From positions 1-64,000 of the forward strand of contig CAVSOU010000015.1 in NCBI GenBank assembly GCA_963729625.1: a stretch of DNA of 64,000 bases, in the 5' to 3' direction. The DNA comes from an uncultured bacterium. GTDB taxonomy: Bacteria; Chloroflexota; UBA5177; JANWHV01. The position numbers were made by a program, and so were the translations under genes. Each line of letters starts with the position of its first letter. Positions within the stretch are counted from its first letter, which is position 1. Of the stretch, positions 61,201 to 64,000 are shown in pieces. The notes beneath the pieces were generated by a model. It was given only the letters and a program-made list of their open reading frames with translations, searched no databases and was not told the DNA's origin.

Positions 61201-63997
61201 AATCGGGCGAGGGCGAGACGCCGGGGATGGCATCCTGGCCGGGGATGTTCAAGCCGCCGTGGCAGCCGAGCGCCAGCACCAATGTGTCGGTAAGGTCGGC
61301 CGTGGATGCGGCGACCTCGGCCGCGCTGAGCTGTGTCAGATAGTCGGATGCAAGCAGGTTCCCGGCGCTGAAGTGGCCGGCCAGGAACACGATGTCGTGC
61401 TGCTTGAGCCGAGGAGCTGCTGGCGAAGGTCGTCGGCCGTCCATATTGAGGGGTCGCTGGATGCCGCGCCCTGAGGCGCGATGAGCTCATCAGGGACGAT
61501 GCACGTGCCGGCGGCGTCCAACCCGGTTGAGTGGTGCCGGCGGAGAGCTCAGCCGCCACGCTCGTGGCGGCATCGGCCACGAAATCGTATCCGGTTACCA
61601 GGGACGAGCTCGGGGTGATCACGCCGTTGGCGGCCGTGTAGGCGTCGAGCATATTGCTCGCCTCGGCGGCCGTGTCCACCAGGCGGCCGACTGCGATATC
61701 CGGGATCGGCATCGAGTGATCGCCGCGCGGAACGCTGGTGGACGAGCCATACTCGTCCTGTCCCAGGATGTAGTTGTCGCGCAGGCTGGCCTGGGTTGGG
61801 CTGCTGTCGCTCACCGGCGGGATGTAGCCGCTCTCCGGCGCCAGGCCCGATTCATCCGGGTAGCGGAAGAACGGGATGGAGTGGTCGTCACCGATCAGCA
61901 CGATATACTTGACGGCGGTCGTGCCATCAGCATTGAGGTACGCCTTGCGGTAGCCCTGGATGACCGCTTTGATTTCCGCGGCTACCAGGTTCTTGGCTGC
62001 CGGGCACGCCGCGTTGTTGCTGTTGTCAGCCTGGATGTTCGCGTTCACCACTCGCTGGAACTGGCTCAGGTCGATGACCTGGCCGTTCACGTCGGCGCGC
62101 TGCGCGAACGCTGCCATCTTGGACTGCAGGTGCGGACACGTCGGCGGCGGTAGTCGCCGGCAGCGCGTCGAGTCCCACCGTCGTGGAGTCCCACAGGATC
62201 AGGGTCTGCGGTGGACGTCCACGACCGTTGTCGTCGGCAGGGCCGCGTTGGTGCCGGACACGGGCGCGATGCCGCCGCACACACCGCCATCTTCGGTCAC
62301 CGTGAGCGTGAACGCCCCGAGCGGGCCGGCAACGCGGACGTACAGGTTCCCGGTCAAGTCCCAGGTATTGCGGTCGATGCTGAGCGATGTCGCGGTGGGG
62401 CTGGTCGCGATCGCCATCAGGCTCTGGCGCGGCACGCTCGAATAGGCGCCAGGCAGATAGCCGGAGGGAAGATAGCCGGACGGCAGGTATCCCGATGGCA
62501 GATAGCCGGACGGCAGATAGCCCGACGGTAGATAGCCCGACGGCAGATAGCCCGAAGGAAGGTATCCCGACGGCAGATAGCCCGAAGGTAAGTACCCCGA
62601 CGGCAGATAGCCTGATGGGAGGTAACCGGACGGCAGATAGCCGGATGGTAAGTAGCCGGATGGCAGGTAGCCGGATGGCAGGTACCCGGACGGCAGGTAC
62701 CCGGACGGCAGATAGCCCGAGGGCGCGTCCTGAATGGCCAGGTCGGCGGCGACCTTTGAAGCGGTCTGGGAATTGGTGAGGCTGTTATAGAGTTGCTGGA
62801 TATCGGTATGCAGGCTCACGACGCTTCCGGCAGGCCCATTGAAGCTGATATGCACCTGCGCACCCGGCTGAACCGGGAAGTCGTACCAGCGCTCCTCGCC
62901 CTGCGCGTACATGCTATGTGGGACGGATGGGTTCTGGGGAACAATCACGCTCTGCGATCCGGGGGCTGACCACAAAGGCGTCGCGGTATCCCAGCTGTCG
63001 TTCCCCTGGACCGTAGCGATGCACGATGACTGCGCCGACACCGGACCGGACGGGCCGCTCGCCGTGGCCGCGATCTCTGTGTTCGCGGTGGGGACCGTAC
63101 CCTGCACGGTGGGCGAGAAGGGAGCCGTGCCCGAGACATCCGTCGTCACGGTAACGGGGTTGGCACCGATCATCGTCGGAGAAGCACCGCAGGTGTAGAA
63201 CGCGAGCGCGTACTGCGTGTTCGGGGCGGCGCCGCTGAGCTGGCCGAAGATCGTGGTGCCGAAGGTCCCGGCGCCGGCGCCGGGATGGGTCTCGGCGAGC
63301 GTCAGGGTGGGAGCGGGCGGCGGAGTCGCGGTGGCGGTGGCCGTCGCGGTGGCGGTGGCTGTCGCGGTAGTGGTGGCTGTCGCGGTAGTGGTGGCTGTCG
63401 CGGTAGTGGTGGCCGTCGCGGTGTTGGTTGGCGTGGCAGTGGATGCGTTACAGGACACTGTGCCTGGAATGCTCATTATGATGCCGGAGCACTGCGCGCC
63501 TGCGACAAATACCGTAAACGCGTCGCCGATGTGGAGCTGCCAATTATATGCAGGTCCATAGGCGTTTCCGAAGGTGAATGTGACCTGAGTGGACGAGAAG
63601 CTGCTGAACGCGATGCCAATGCAATTAGCAACCTGGCCACCGGTCGGATCCGCTTGACCCGCATTCCAGTTCGCGGTCGTGTCATCGAATCCATACTGCT
63701 GGTACGCGTAGTTGGAACCTGAATGACTACCACATTCATACGGCGAGATTTGGCTGTGTGCCATAACGGGGCAGGTTGCACGCCGAAATTGCTCCCTGTG
63801 ACCGTGACCGTTGGGGCGGCTGCACTGCCTTCGAAAATGACGCTCGCGATCACCGGGCCGGCGGCATGGGCCACCGGCACCGAGTCAGCAGGGCCGATCG
63901 CGGCCACCTGCGACAGGAGCAGGCAAGACAGGGCGAACAGTGGAACCAGCCCGCGACGCGAGATCCAAAGGCCGGAGCGGTGGAAGTGGCGGCCCAT
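58256..63997 (-). CDS. Giant secreted multidomain protein (~1,900 aa): Thr/Ala linker, (PSGYL)18, peptidase C25/clan-CD-like domain, Ig-like and MBG-like repeats; about five frameshifts
   Basis: ORFs 63476..63997, 62199..63764, 62026..62280, 61113..62117, 61336..61521 and 58256..61444 tile one reading. Signal peptide, YIVLIGDD..IPF, VGRL, AGHF, GCHGG and LYGLP motifs, and three LTITA....YG repeats. Confidence 0.78.
62454..62723 (-). repeat. 18 tandem 15-bp coding repeats (PSGYL)
   Basis: 270 bp. Every unit encodes PSGYL, with synonymous codon variation. Confidence 0.95.
63323..63440 (-). repeat. Thr/Ala low-complexity linker with 18-bp repeats
   Basis: gtcgcggtagtggtggct units encoding TATATT. 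Confidence 0.85.
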
Positions 63998-64000
63998 GAA

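Noticed and set aside
62454-62723. 15-bp tandem repeat as a CRISPR array or non-coding satellite
   Set aside because: It has no spacers, is in frame, and varies only at synonymous positions.

Overview
High-GC bacterial chromosome segment, probably Chloroflexota-like (inferred from gene families, not tested). Many single-base frameshifts, several in homopolymers, suggest an imperfectly polished long-read assembly. From left to right: two tandem paralogous secreted-protein units with duplicated promoters; a Type IIG/ISP-like restriction-modification gene; secreted SH3-glycosidase and FecR/beta-helix proteins; and a minus-strand carbohydrate locus (CE7 esterase, MFS, URO-D-like protein, LacI, sugar ABC, dehydrogenase, epimerase). 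That locus is split by a ~10.3 kb integrase-less island bounded by 284-bp direct repeats that rebuild the MFS 5' end. The island carries a terminase remnant, a DUF433/PIN toxin-antitoxin pair, a Type I RM system and an unusual three-gene module (TIGR04255-like protein, putative antitoxin, GNAT), which is the best candidate here for an undescribed system. A complete IS21 sits in the displaced repeat copy. The right half holds an ALDH16-type dehydrogenase, several secreted proteins, an MFS, a GH13 glucosidase, a cyclase-STAND-TPR gene flanked by two stand-alone cNMP-binding genes, and a ~1,900-aa secreted C25-like protein containing 18 PSGYL repeats. Two copies of a small MITE-like element are present. 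No rRNA, tRNA or CRISPR array was seen.
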